50,522 nucleotides of DNA, taken from contig RHPI01003762.1 in assembly GCA_009103225.1 (NCBI GenBank), forward strand, positions 216,956 to 267,477. Reading direction: 5' to 3'. Shown here piece by piece: positions 38,946-50,441 of this stretch. The position numbers were made by a program, and so were the translations under genes. The notes beneath the pieces are model-generated. The model made no database searches. It was not told the DNA's origin and saw nothing but the letters and a program-made list of their open reading frames with translations. Within the stretch, counting starts at the first letter, position 1. Each line of letters opens with the position of its first letter. This DNA comes from Chlorokybus atmophyticus (lineage: Eukaryota > Plantae > Mesostigma and Chlorokybus algae).

Positions 38946-39996
38946 TGTGAGGCTCTGATTATCTCATTCAATGAACTAACAGTTGATTCACTTGTGAACT
39001 AACTCAAGTGAACTGTCAACGTGAACTATTTTTGTTCAGTGAACTAATTCCATCAGTCGCGGGTGCTTTGGAAATATGCAACACTTGTGCATACTAACAT
39101 GCTACCCTATCACAGTTGCCAACTTTAGGCATGTGAACAACTGATCTTAGATAAAAGGGGTTACTACCCAATTAGCTTTCCTACAACATCTAAGTTGTAA
39201 CCGAGTGAATCACAAGTATACCATCTTAGTGTAAGTGTGAATCACTCAGTACCTGGAAAGGCTTTGATACCGCGTTCCCTTGAATGGCCTCTCTCCGATC
39301 ACCCAAGAACTCTAACCCTTAGTACCAGCCTTCACTCCAGTAGAGCTCCGCTTGTCACCCATTGAAGACAACGGAATGCCGACTACTTGGCACTGCCCCT
39401 TTTTATACTCCGGGGTTCCTGTGCCTTTGTTAGTTCATTACGCCCGATCGGACCCTCGGAAACTATTATTCCGAAGTGCCAACGCTTTTGGGCGAACATC
39501 GGAAATCTATTCCGAAGTTCGACCCCTAATACAATTCTCCTATGTTCGTAACTCTCAACCTAGGCCGACATCACTTTCGTTCAACCTTCCTATACAGGAG
39601 TGAACTAGTAGTGCGGAATTCCCTATGTTGATTTACGACATAGTTCGACAATCCCTATCCTCGGGAATTGTACTAGGTCGGAGTTCCCAATGGTACCTAC
39701 CATTGTCGTAACTCCGATAGAGAGGTACCTTTTAGGTACTTCATCTATTCCTGCTTTCTATGCTCATTGCATTGGCGTAGGTCACTTTAACGCCATTACC
39801 TTAATACTTAATGGTCAATGGATTTTGTGGTCTTAACGCGGTGTTAAAATACCCTTTTGAATCCATTAGATTTCAAGGACTCTTAGTCCATAACGGTAGC
39901 TCGATTTCGTCGCATTAACCCTTAACGATCAATGGATTCCAAGGTCTTTTAATTAAGGTCGTGGCTATTAAGTTGTCGCGTCAGCCAAGTACCACA
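38946..39996 (-). repeat. 3' LTR (1051 bp)
   Basis: About 19 substitutions (counted by eye) and one 17-bp indel versus 45221-46288. Confidence 0.95.
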
Positions 39997-40009
39997 TACC
40001 TCCCCACTT
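39997..40009 (-). promoter_or_regulatory. Polypurine tract
   Basis: AAGTGGGGAGGTA immediately 5' of the 3' LTR on the minus strand. Confidence 0.85.
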
Positions 40010-40177
40010 GTTCCTTTGACGTCCTCGTCAAACTCACTTAGTTGATAGCCGCAAGACTTAGAGTTGATCAGGCCCTAAGACGGCATACCTCTTTTTAGGT
40101 ACCCTATTAGAACAAGCTTAGCTTAGTTTCGGGGTATATTCTAGATCAAAGGGACACCTTGGCTGTATTATTTCTCC

Positions 40178-41540
40178 CTATACTTGGTCAATCGTACGCA
40201 CGAATTGATCAAGTAAATCATGATAATGACTTTGGAGAAACCTCTCTGATACTCGAGTGTTGTGCTCCGCACTCAATCCCTCCAATGTAACGAGATACTC
40301 GAGAATGCGTTGTTGGCCCCAGAGACAGCGAGCTAAGATCGCTTCTATCCCGTACCCAATTTCCCCTTCTACTTCGGGAATTGGCGGTGGTTGTCTTCGA
40401 CCATTCGTTCTATATTCCTTCAACAGAGATACACGGAACACATCATGTATTTTCCATTTCTCTGGAAGTTTAAGTTGATAAGCGACTTCCCCAATTCGCT
40501 TAAGGACTTGCATCGGTCCTAGCCATCGCGGCCACAACTTTTTCTTTTCTGGTCACGCCATTTCTTAAGCCTTAGGTTTTTCGTACTGAGCAAAACAAAT
40601 TGCCCAATACTGAACACTACTTCACGGCGGCTCTATCGGCATGAGCTTTTTGACGGCTTTGGGCTTGTTGCAAAAAGGTCTTGGTATTTTGCCAAACCTC
40701 ATGCATTTCGGCCGCAAATTGTTCTACCGCCAACACTGGAGTCTTTCTCCTTGTGAAGTTTTCTAGGGGAGTCTTGGGATGTTTCCCATAATTCAAAAAG
40801 AACGGTGTATTCTTCACCGACCTTTGATAGGAGTTGTTTATTGCAAACTCCACAATGCTGAAATATTGGTCCCACTCGTTGAGAATTCCAAAAGCGTACT
40901 GCCTTAAGCATTGTTCTACTATTTGATTCATGCGCTCTGTTTCACCATCCGTTTGTGGATGGTAAGCGGTAGACATACACTGAGTAATGCCTGTTGATTC
41001 ACAAAATTGTTTCCAATACGGCGCAGTGAATCAAATGTCTCTATCGGTTACAACCTCCTTAGGCCAACCATGTAGCCGAAATACTTCCCTTAAGAAGATT
41101 TGTTGTAACTCCTTTGCACCGGTATCGTTGGAACTAGGTGCCATGTGTACCATCTTGGTAAACCGGTCGATAAATACAACTATTGCATTATAACCGTTCT
41201 GGGTTTCCGGCATTCCCTTAATCATATCTATGCCAATTGAAGACCAAGGTTCTTCTGAAATTTGCAAAGGAATTAAAGGGCCGGCCTTTTGTTTATGTGA
41301 AAATTTGTTTCTCTGGCAGCTATAACAAGTTGCCACATAATTCTCTACATCTTTTGAAACAGAAGGCCACCAAAAGGTCCTCTTTGCTAACTGAACGGTT
41401 TTCTTTTCGCCAAAATGCCCGCGATAAGGCGGGTCATGTAATTCGGAAAGACATGCGCGCCTTAACTCGGCGTCGTTAGGTACAACTACTGCGTTGTCTT
41501 TATACCATAATTCTTTTCATAAATTAGGGTATCCTTTTCC
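40178..41540 (-). pseudogene. Integrase with GPY/F motif and C-terminal chromodomain
   Basis: CH..AYRGHFG...CYSC, PWSSIGID, VVTDRD, HPQTDGETERMNQ, WLGPMQVL...AYQLKLP and YGIEAILAR...EYLVTLEGLSAEHNTRV; frameshifted. Confidence 0.88.
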
Positions 41541-41599
41541 AATCTTGCGAACCATTCATCGATTTGGTATAGCTCCTTTATCTTCTCTTCCAAAGGAAC

Positions 41600-43460
41600 T
41601 GACCAAATATTAGACCTTCTCGTTAAGGTCACCGCGACTAAGTGGGGTCCCCCTACTTATAGGGTCCGCCACATTCATTCGACCTGGTCTATATTGCCAT
41701 TGAAAGTCGAATCGCGATAGAAATTCAACCCACCTAGCTTGCCGCCTTGACAAGTTGGGTTGTTGCGGAAGATATATAGAGAGGGTTGTGATCAGTAATG
41801 ACCATAAACTTTACCCCTTCCAAGTAACACCGCCACCGTGTAAGTGCATGAATTACCGCTAATAATTCTTGCTCGGTAGTAGTATAGTTTCTTTCCGCAT
41901 CAGTAAACTTATGTGAATCAAACGCCACCGGTCTCCCTTCTTGGAGTAATACTGCACCAGTACCTACTATACTGGCGTCGGTAATAACTTTAAATGGCTT
42001 TTTGAAGTCCGGTAGAGTTAATACAGGCGCTTGTAACAAGGATTGCTTAATCCTTTGAAACGCCGATTCACAATTTTCATCCCAATTCCACTTGGCACCA
42101 TCACATAATAACTTGTGTAATGGAGAAGCCATGGTTGAGTAGCCCACCATATATCGGCGAAAGAAGCCCGTAAGTCCCAAGAAACGCCTCAACTGAGTCG
42201 CGTTGTTTGGTCTTGACCAGTTACGAACTATCGCAACTTTCGCGGGATCGGCCTTTACCGAACCATTGCCGATAATATGTCCTAAGTAAAGGACCTCCTT
42301 CTCAAAGAATTGGCACTTCTCAAGGCACGCAAATAACTTGTGCCTTCTCAAGGTTTCAAACACCAACTGAAGATGATACTCATGTTCTTCTTCATTATCA
42401 CTATAGACCAATATCATCTAGATATACTAGTACAAACTTATTAATAAATGGTGCTAGTATGCGGTTCATAACCGCTTGGAATGTAGCGGGGGCATTTGTT
42501 AAGCCGAAAGGCAGAACCTTATACTGATAATGCCCTTTTGGTGTTCTGAAACCAGTTTTGGGGACATCCTCTGGTGTTATCCGAATCTGATGATACCCCG
42601 CTGTTAGATCAAGGGCACTAAAAACGTTTGCCTTCCTCAATTGATCGAACATGTCGTCAATTCGGGGAATAGGGTACTTGTTTTGTATCGTCTTCGTGTT
42701 CAACGAACGATAGTCTACGCACATGCGTAGCCCTCGACCATGTGGCTTTGGAACGAAGAGAATAGGTGCCGCATACGGTGAAGTACTTGGCTCAATTAAT
42801 CCTTTTTCTAATAACCCACTCAGGTTCTTTTCCATCTCCGCGAATTCTATAGGACTTTACCTATAGAGTGGTCGCGTAGGGGGAGGCGTCTCATCCTTTA
42901 ATGGAATGGTATGCCAAATCTCTCTTTCCGGCGGTAACATAGGAAGTGTGTCTATGAAAAGATCTCTATTCCTTTGTACCACCAGAGGTAAAGTATGCAA
43001 CAATACCTCCCCTTCTAACTCCGGGGATGATTCTTCTTGGTAACTGACCATTGCAATTACTCGCGCTCGGTTACTTTGCGCTACTAAGTAATCGTGAATC
43101 CTCATCTTCGGAGTTCTTATTTTCTGAGAAAGGGGTAGAGTGAATATACGTTCACCCTTTTTAACCCGACATGTTCTTTTCTCAAAACCCATTACCGATT
43201 TGGTTTGACATAACCAATTGGTACCAAGTACCAATTGCAAAATCCTGTATTTGCATCTTGCAAACTTGGCATTTTTCTATCTTTTCGGTGTAATCGCCTA
43301 ATTGGACTTTCACTTCAACTTGGCCCAAATCTGGTAAGTTAACACCGCTTATGTCCGCATACAAGTCCGAAGTGGTTTCTACCTTCATACTTCGGACTGA
43401 ACGGCGATCAATCAAATTCTTGGTTAATCATGAGTCAACTAAGACACCTATTTCGCGACC
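41600..43460 (-). pseudogene. pol: Protease, reverse transcriptase and RNase H
   Basis: VLVDS* (GGA>TGA in DSG, 43428-43430), [49 protein letters not shown] and TTTEQELLA; frameshifts near 43235 and 42405. Confidence 0.92.
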
Positions 43461-43519
43461 TAGCGCTGTACCTTTCAAGGTACTTACCGTTTCGTCATTC
43501 ACTCGGTAGCTGAGCTCAT

Positions 43520-43889
43520 CTGTCCATATAACCAGGGACTTCCCATTGAAGGATTCTTCCTTGTTCAGGGTACCAACTTTGGTAAAACCGCTTAGTTTAG
43601 GGAACCAATTGCCTTTGTATGTTGGTGTAAGCACAACTGCCTTTACTCCGGGGTTCTTTATTTTATGATCTAAATACACTTGTATTAGATCTTTAAGCTT
43701 TGAAGTAGCCCCATGAATTAGAACACTTTTCATATTCGGTTCTAAATTAATCACACTTGGCAGTTGATACATTGCATTTCCCAAACAGACATCACACTCA
43801 AAAGGCAGTTTATTACACCATTTTGACTTAAGTTCATTTACAAAAGTCAAAGCTATGGTGCTATTCACTGCCTCAGCTACCCAAAAATC
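43520..43889 (-). pseudogene. Degenerate DNA N6-adenine-methyltransferase-like domain between gag and protease
   Basis: PF.CD.C.GN...SVLIHGAT...YLDHKIKNPGVKAVVLTP...WFPKLSGF..V; recalled resemblance to retroelement Dam-like domains, with HGAT at the expected NPP(Y/F) position. Confidence 0.45.
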
Positions 43890-45158
43890 CTATTTGGGGC
43901 CGGAGACGCGCTGAGGGCAGTTCTTAATCAAATGCCCTTTTTCCTTACAGAGGAGGCACTTCCCCTCCTTCATAAGCGCCAATTTCTCAGCTTCCGTAAT
44001 GGTGAGGTTAACATACCCCGCTTTGTTGGCTGACTTTGCCGGAGACCCTCCCTTCTTGGGTTTCGCTTTCGCGAAAGTGGGCTTGTTTCTCACAAAATCG
44101 GCGTTGGCCTTCTTGTGATGCGGGTTAGCCTCTTCTTTACCCCGCTTGTTCAAGCCTTTGTTGCGGGCTGTCTCAAGACACCTGTCAACCAAATCATCAA
44201 ACTCATGACCCTTCCATGGGGCCAAAGTTTTTGGATTCTCGAAAACAACTGGGCAGTCTTTCATAGCTTGGGAGAGGCCGGAGGTGAAGCGATCCACCTT
44301 CTCTTTTCCATCTATGCTGCCTACACTTGAAACAATGCGAGCAACCCAGTAGCGAAACTGCTGGGCATACTCCGAAACATTGCCCTTCTCGCGCAACTTC
44401 TTCAGCTCAGCCCGGGCTTCCGCTACCGGATTGACTGAAGCATAATGGCTTCTCAGCATAGCCTCTAGCTCACTGAAATCTGCCTCTTTCCCCTCAGCCA
44501 GTGTTTCCACCTTGGCTTTCCATAGGGTCTGTGGGACATCACCTAAGAAGGTGATTGCATCTGCAACCCATGACTCCACCGGACTATGCCTGGCGGTGAA
44601 GTAAGCGACTATGGTTTGAAGCCAATTCTCGATACTCTGATCCTTGTCGCCGTTGAACTTGGGAGGGCGAATAGCCAGTTTGCCCTTCCCTCTTTCTTGA
44701 GCAAGAAGTCTGGCCTCCAGAGAAGCTATCTTGTCACTCATCTCTGTGGCCTCCTGCTCATACTTGCTGACATGTGAATCAAGTGCCTGAGCAGTGTTAA
44801 ACAACAAGTCATTGTTCTCGACCACTGTATGAACAGGTACATTAGATTTCAGAGGCCCATAGTAAAGCTCCAGCCTGGAAATGCGATGCTGATCGCGCTG
44901 AAGTCGGCGACACAGCAACTCAGCTGCCTCACCATAAGCTTGAGAACCCATTGGTTCTCTCAAGCCATCACGAACCGTTGCCCATCTGGGAGTCAGCTCA
45001 TCTGAGCTCGGTACCGAAACTGAGACTGACCGGAGTCTCTCTGGCAGCAAGTTCACCCCGGCAGTGGAATCTATGTCCATGATGGTGGCTGTATCTGGGT
45101 TGTTGGTGTTGGCCACAGCTGCTGCGTTGTTGGCATCACCCATCCTGGAAAGGAACAA
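43890..45158 (-). CDS. gag: Gag, 422 aa, intact ORF
   Basis: RPPKFNG...IENWL capsid motif, YWVARI...DRFTSGL, and zinc knuckle CLLCKEKGHLIKNC. Ends in a TAG that is in frame with pol. Confidence 0.9.
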   Translation of the reverse strand: MFLSRMGDANNAAAVANTNNPDTATIMDIDSTAGVNLLPERLRSVSVSVPSSDELTPRWATVRDGLREPMGSQAYGEAAELLCRRLQRDQHRISRLELYYGPLKSNVPVHTVVENNDLLFNTAQALDSHVSKYEQEATEMSDKIASLEARLLAQERGKGKLAIRPPKFNGDKDQSIENWLQTIVAYFTARHSPVESWVADAITFLGDVPQTLWKAKVETLAEGKEADFSELEAMLRSHYASVNPVAEARAELKKLREKGNVSEYAQQFRYWVARIVSSVGSIDGKEKVDRFTSGLSQAMKDCPVVFENPKTLAPWKGHEFDDLVDRCLETARNKGLNKRGKEEANPHHKKANADFVRNKPTFAKAKPKKGGSPAKSANKAGYVNLTITEAEKLALMKEGKCLLCKEKGHLIKNCPQRVSGPK

Positions 45159-45204
45159 CCCAAGTCTTAGTTTACTGAGCCCACTCCAAGCACAGTGGAT
45201 CTAA

Positions 45205-45218
45205 CGGCTCCGATACCA
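45205..45218 (-). promoter_or_regulatory. Primer-binding site, tRNA-iMet type
   Basis: TGGTATCGGAGCCG begins 2 nt after the 5' LTR's terminal CA. Confidence 0.88.
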
Positions 45219-45220
45219 AA

Positions 45221-46288
45221 TGTGAGGCTCTGATTATCTCATTCAGTGAACTAACAGTTGATTCACTTGTGAACTAACTCAAGTGAACTGTCAACGTGAA
45301 CTATTTTTGTTCAGTGAACTAATCAGCCAAGTGAACTAATTCCATCAGTCGCGGGTGCTTTGGAAATATGCAACACTTGTGCATACTAACATGCTACCCT
45401 ATCACAGTTGCCAGCTTTAGGCATGTGAACAACTGATCTTAGATAAAAGGGGTTACTACCCAATTAGCTTTCCTACAACATCTAAGTTGTAACCGAGTGA
45501 ATCACAAGTATACCATCTTAGTATAAGTGTGAATCACTCAGTACCTGGAAAGGCTTTGATACGGCGTTCCCTTGAATGGCCTCTCTCCGATCACCCAAGA
45601 ACTCTAACCCTTAGTACCAGCCTTCACTCCAGTAGAGCTCCGCTTGTCACCCACTGAAGACAACTGAATGCCGACTACTTGGCACTACCCCTTTTTATAC
45701 TCCGGGGTTCCTGTGCCTTTGTTAGTTCATTACGCCCGATCGGACCCTCGGAAACCATTATTCCGAAGTGCCAACGCTTTTGGGCGAACATCGGAAATCT
45801 ATTCCGAAGTTTGACCCCTAATACGATTCTCCTATGTTCGTAACTCTCAACCTAGGCCGACATCACTTTCGTTCAACCTTCCTATACAGGAGTGAACTAG
45901 TAGTGCGGAATTCCCTATGTTGATTTACGACATAGTTCGACAATCCCTATCCTCGGGAATTGTACTAGGTCGGAGTTCCCAATGGTACCTACCATTGTCG
46001 TAACTCCGATAGAGAGGTACCTTTTAGGTACTTCATCTATTCCTGCTTTCTATGCTCATTGCATTGGCGTAGGTCACTTTAACGCCATTACCTTAATACT
46101 TAATGGTCAATGGATTTTGTGGTCTTAATGCGGTGTTAAAATACCCTTTTGAATCCATTAGATTTCAAGGACTCTTAGTCCACAACGGTAGCTCGATTTC
46201 GTCGCATTAACCCTTAACGGTTAATGGATTCCAAGGTCTCTTAATTAAGGTCGTAGCCATTAAGCTGTCACGTCAGCCAAGTACCACA
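45221..46288 (-). repeat. 5' LTR (1068 bp)
   Basis: Near-identical to 38946-39996. Confidence 0.95.
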
Positions 46289-48595
46289 GCATGCCTCCGA
46301 AAAAGCAGCTGCCTTCCGCGTCTGGCAGCAGCAGGAGCAGACGCGTTCCAAGGCCCCAGCGGCTCGCTCTCTTTCAAATCGCCTGCCTGCCTGCGTGCGT
46401 GCGTGCGTGCGTGTGCGCGCGTGTGTCTGTGTGTATGGGACTCGACAGAGTAGTTGTTTTTCTGATCTAAAGCTGCAAGGCTCAAAGCAATGTAGTATGA
46501 ACCAAACAAGTACTCATCACAGCTCGCAGCTGTTTGTCGAGCTTCGCGATTTGACACCACCAATTGCTGGTCTCTGTCAGGCGGACCTGCCGGCTGCGTT
46601 GGCGAACCGCAAACAGCTCTTCCGCAGCTTTGCCCAGAGTGAAGACATCGCGACTTTCACTTGATCATTGCCTAGAAATGTGGCTGAGCCAGTGCGCAGT
46701 GGCAGTGGCTCGTCAGCTGCTGTAAGAGTCGGCTGATAAGTATGGCGGATGGCCTTCGTTTGCATCTGAGTGAGAACCATCCCAGATAACGCTCAGCGAG
46801 CAAACCACCAAGCCGTCAGGTAGCAGCTGCTTTGCCAGCCGCTGTGTCGCTTGACTTGCACCCATCTTATGTGACTCACTCTCCTGCCAATTGTTACAAG
46901 GGCGTGTGAGGCATTGAAATTAGGCATGCGCATATGTCATGCATGCAACAGAAGTTGTGGTACCTCAAGACCTGGAGCACGCCTCGAAGGCAATCCAGGG
47001 ACTGGCACGCAGCTCCTTGCTTTGCTACGTCCTTCTGCAGATTGCTGCACTTGCTGTGTGAGGCTCGCTGCCTGCAGCCTGGCTAACGTTCCGGGGGAGA
47101 GTTTATGGAGAAAGAAAATGCCAGTGCGCTGTTGGAACGAGTCAATAGCCTTCTCCCAGCATCCTGCGTACGCGTCGTTGCTGAAGCAACGACGCTTTCT
47201 TGCAGTGCGCATAAACATTCTGCTAGAAGGTGCTCAAGGCAATCATCGCTTGCTCTCTCATCACCTACTACACATCCAAAAACAACGTGACTGCAGCCGA
47301 TGGACTCTGCGAGGGTTAAACAACAAGTGGAACCACACAAACAGCGACTACCGGAAGCTTGCGCAGGAAGCAGTGTCTTTGGTCGTTGGTGTGCGCACGC
47401 AAAGACACACGTACACGACAACCGTGCACATACCGACAACGCACATTCGTGCGCCTGCTAGCACATGCACGTACACTCTCGTCGCGATGTGCAGTTTTGC
47501 AAGCGTGGTGTTGGCGTATAATACCAGGGGCTGTGTTTGTGAAATGACAAGGTGGTAAAGGCGCTGGTGCTACCGAGCCAAGCACTCCAGGTACATGTGT
47601 CGCACATATACTGCACACATGCATGCACATGATGCTCGTACTGAAGTAGTGCTGACTGTCCCAAACTGCACGTATTAACTTACTGCACTTCAAGCGTGTT
47701 CACACATGTATATGCAGAGGTGCACACTCGCAGCCACTTACTGTACGCGCGTCTATGTGTATAGTATGACATGGCATGCCCTAGCAGGTTTGCTGTGTGC
47801 ATGTGTGTACATGCGCACAGTCACACATCTGCAGACGTGAACACCCGCCTGTGTGCGCGTACCTGTGGCATGAGATACCACATGTACTCTGCTGAGTGCG
47901 CGTGTGTGTGCACTTCTTTGCATGTATGCTATGTACCTCTGCCGCAACTGGATACTTCGCCCTGCCTTCATCGTGCTTACAAGTACAACTTCTCTCACCA
48001 CAGGCAGCTGCAGATGGAGTTGCTGGTACATGTCGGCAAGGGTGTTGGCGGTAGCATGACACAACGTGTGCTATACTGTGTGCTAGCTGAGGTGATAGCG
48101 GAGCCTGGTAGATGTTAGGGTACCTGCACGCGGGGCAAAAATAATGAATGCTTGCTCCCGATTCATGCACCCAACGGGAGTGATAGTGAAGTACGTAACT
48201 ACAAAGTCGTAGTGCTAGCCTACGGGTCGACGCTTTTTTTTTATACATACTATGCAGCATACAAGGGTATGCAAGGCAGGGAGCAAGGGGCTACTCCTCA
48301 TGGACGCAGAATTCTGGGCAACATCCAGCTATAAGTACTGTTAGTATACGCTATGTCGTATATAGTGTACATTGCAAACAACATGCTGCATTTTGCACAA
48401 CAGACCTGCTTTGAAAGTTACATACGCACGTCTGATTTCTATGTATATGTACATGATCTGGTCAGCAACTCGCTGATTCAACATAGATATGTCCACCCTC
48501 ACACCCTGGCGTTGCACACAGCATGTTTCGATTACAGCAGAAGAGCGAACACGCTGGCGCATCGCAGCATCAGGGAGAGGAGTTGCGGAACAGAA

Positions 48596-50426
48596 CTAAC
48601 GCCTCTGGTAGTTCAACAACTGGATGCCGAAGACCACAACCATGGCAAAGACAGCAACAAAACCGGTGAGGATCGCTGCCGTTTGGCCGAGGAAGGAGTA
48701 GCTGAACCCGAAATAAGCGTTGATGTACTTGCTGATAGGCTCTTCACCCGCGTCCGCCAGGCTGATCATGGTGTTGTCCTTCCCCAACTGGCTGCTGATC
48801 AACCCATCGAGCGTCCATGCCAGAGGATTGCAATAGGAGTACCATCGCCACCACCCAGGCATGTTATTGCGAGAGACAATAAAGCCAGCGAATAGGTTCC
48901 TGTGTTCATGCCACACAGCGATCAACAACATGTAGGACACATTGGTAAGCGAGGAGACCAAAAAGAGACCCATAGCTAACAGGTTGCACACACACCAGAA
49001 GGAGTAAAAGAAGGTAGAAAGAACGGCTGCCAGCTGCACACTAGGAGTAAGCACCGCGCAAGACATGCCATAGTATGTAAAGCAGGATAGCGTCAGAAAC
49101 ATGAAGAAGAAATACCTGCTATGTATGCAAGAGATGAAATGGTCGGCCATGAGTGTGCTTGTGAGATGATGACTTTATGCAGGAACCACACGTCTGCCAC
49201 AGACGCTTACCATAAGAAGCTGGCTGCGTCCCATTGGAAGTCGACCGTTGCATAGGTGATAACAGCGTACGTGGCAGTCTGAACCAGAATGTAGAGGATT
49301 TCAATCAGCGGTTGACCGAGAGCATAAGGCACAGCCGAGTAGTACCCCGCCGCACGCTCGCGGTAGAACACTCCTCTCTCCACTGCCACCACGGGCTGTA
49401 CCGTGGAGGCATTCTGGATTCCGAGGCAGAACACGACAAGATACACGCCACCGGCAATGTTCAACACATCCTGCTGGCTGCTTCGGTCGTTGCCCTTCCT
49501 CCAAAAGGTGGCGCCGAAAAAGAGCCCAATGAGGACCGTCATGCCCAGCCGCACAGCGTTGTACTGCGGTGAGCGCCAGTATGTGATGTGCTGCTTCCAC
49601 AAGTTCGCCAGCAGCTGTTCTGAGAACGGCCTTGCGTACTTGTTGTCGAACTTCACAAACTCCAGCCCCGGCTGTGGTTGTGACAACTCTTCAATCATAC
49701 TCTCGTTTCGCCTGTGCACGAAGCGACCCACAGTCAGTCAGTCTCCTCCGCAAGATCTTGCTGTGCGAACAGCGCCATGTTGTAACCGCGGCATGCATGA
49801 CAACAACAAAGGCAAAAAACAAAACGCGCAGCATGAAGTTCCATGTGCTACGTGCTTACTCGAGGAGATACGAATTGCGGTAGTATCTACCAAAGTCGAC
49901 ACCCGTGGACTTCTCCACGGCGGGGGTGGAGCACTCGAGCATCCAGGTGGCGGGGTTCTGACCCTCCTGAATGCGGGGCACTGCGGGAATTGCCTGAAAG
50001 AATGTGACGAGCTCGCAGGACTCGTGGCCAAGGCCACCGAAATAGATCACTTCGCCCCCGCGTTGGAGCAGCAGCAACTCATCGAACGACTCAAAGATGT
50101 CAACCGATGGCTGATGGATGGTGCACACAACTGTTCGGCCCGTATCGACCGTGTTGCGCACCGCTCTCATCACAATGGCTGCAGCGCGTGCATCAAGTCC
50201 GGAGGTTGGCTGCTCAGCACACACACAACATGCAACCTTGGTCTCACCTTGTGCATGTGCGGGTTGCACGCATGTGTACGGACTACGCAATACGCACGAG
50301 CAAAGCACTCCTGTTTCTTGTTGCGCATGTACACACTGCCAGCTGGAAAGAGAGCATACCTCGTCCATAAAGATGATGCTTGGGTTTGCAACGAGCTCGA
50401 CAGCCATGGTCAGGCGCTTGCGCTGC
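48596..50426 (-). pseudogene. 5'-truncated ABCG/PDR transporter (second half of NBD2 plus TMD2): complement(join(48596..48899,48996..49115,49211..49711,49860..50209,50360..50426))
   Basis: [22 protein letters not shown]|[58 protein letters not shown] and PGWWRWY..NPLAWTLDGLISSQLG. Four GT-AG introns keep the frame. Walker A and the whole N-terminal half are absent. Confidence 0.92.
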
Positions 50427-50441
50427 AGCCATTGTGATGAG
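50420..50441. repeat. 22-bp perfect inverted copy of 50166-50187 at the gene/telomere junction
   Basis: GCGCTGCAGCCATTGTGATGAG is the reverse complement of CTCATCACAATGGCTGCAGCGC; both flanks mismatch. Confidence 0.93.

Larger units (their letters stand above)
38946..46288 (-). mobile_element. Full-length Ty3/Gypsy chromovirus LTR retrotransposon (7343 bp)
   Basis: TG..CA LTRs, 5-bp TSD GCATG (38941-38945 and 46289-46293), PBS, PPT, and gag-PR-RT-RH-INT-chromodomain. Confidence 0.96.
37700..47420 (-). pseudogene. Decayed unidentified multi-exon gene interrupted by the chromovirus insertion
   Basis: Removing 38946-46288 and one TSD restores the frame GDLKESEPLGPW...RRHA|AELAKHSQPLANAAVDPLLVGLLQ. 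Other protein-like segments lie at 47218-46964, 46826-46577, 38684-38173 and 37923-37729. Confidence 0.35.

Noticed and set aside
49403-50437. 344-aa plus-strand ORF (and 48353-48895)
   Set aside because: Antisense shadow of the ABCG exons.
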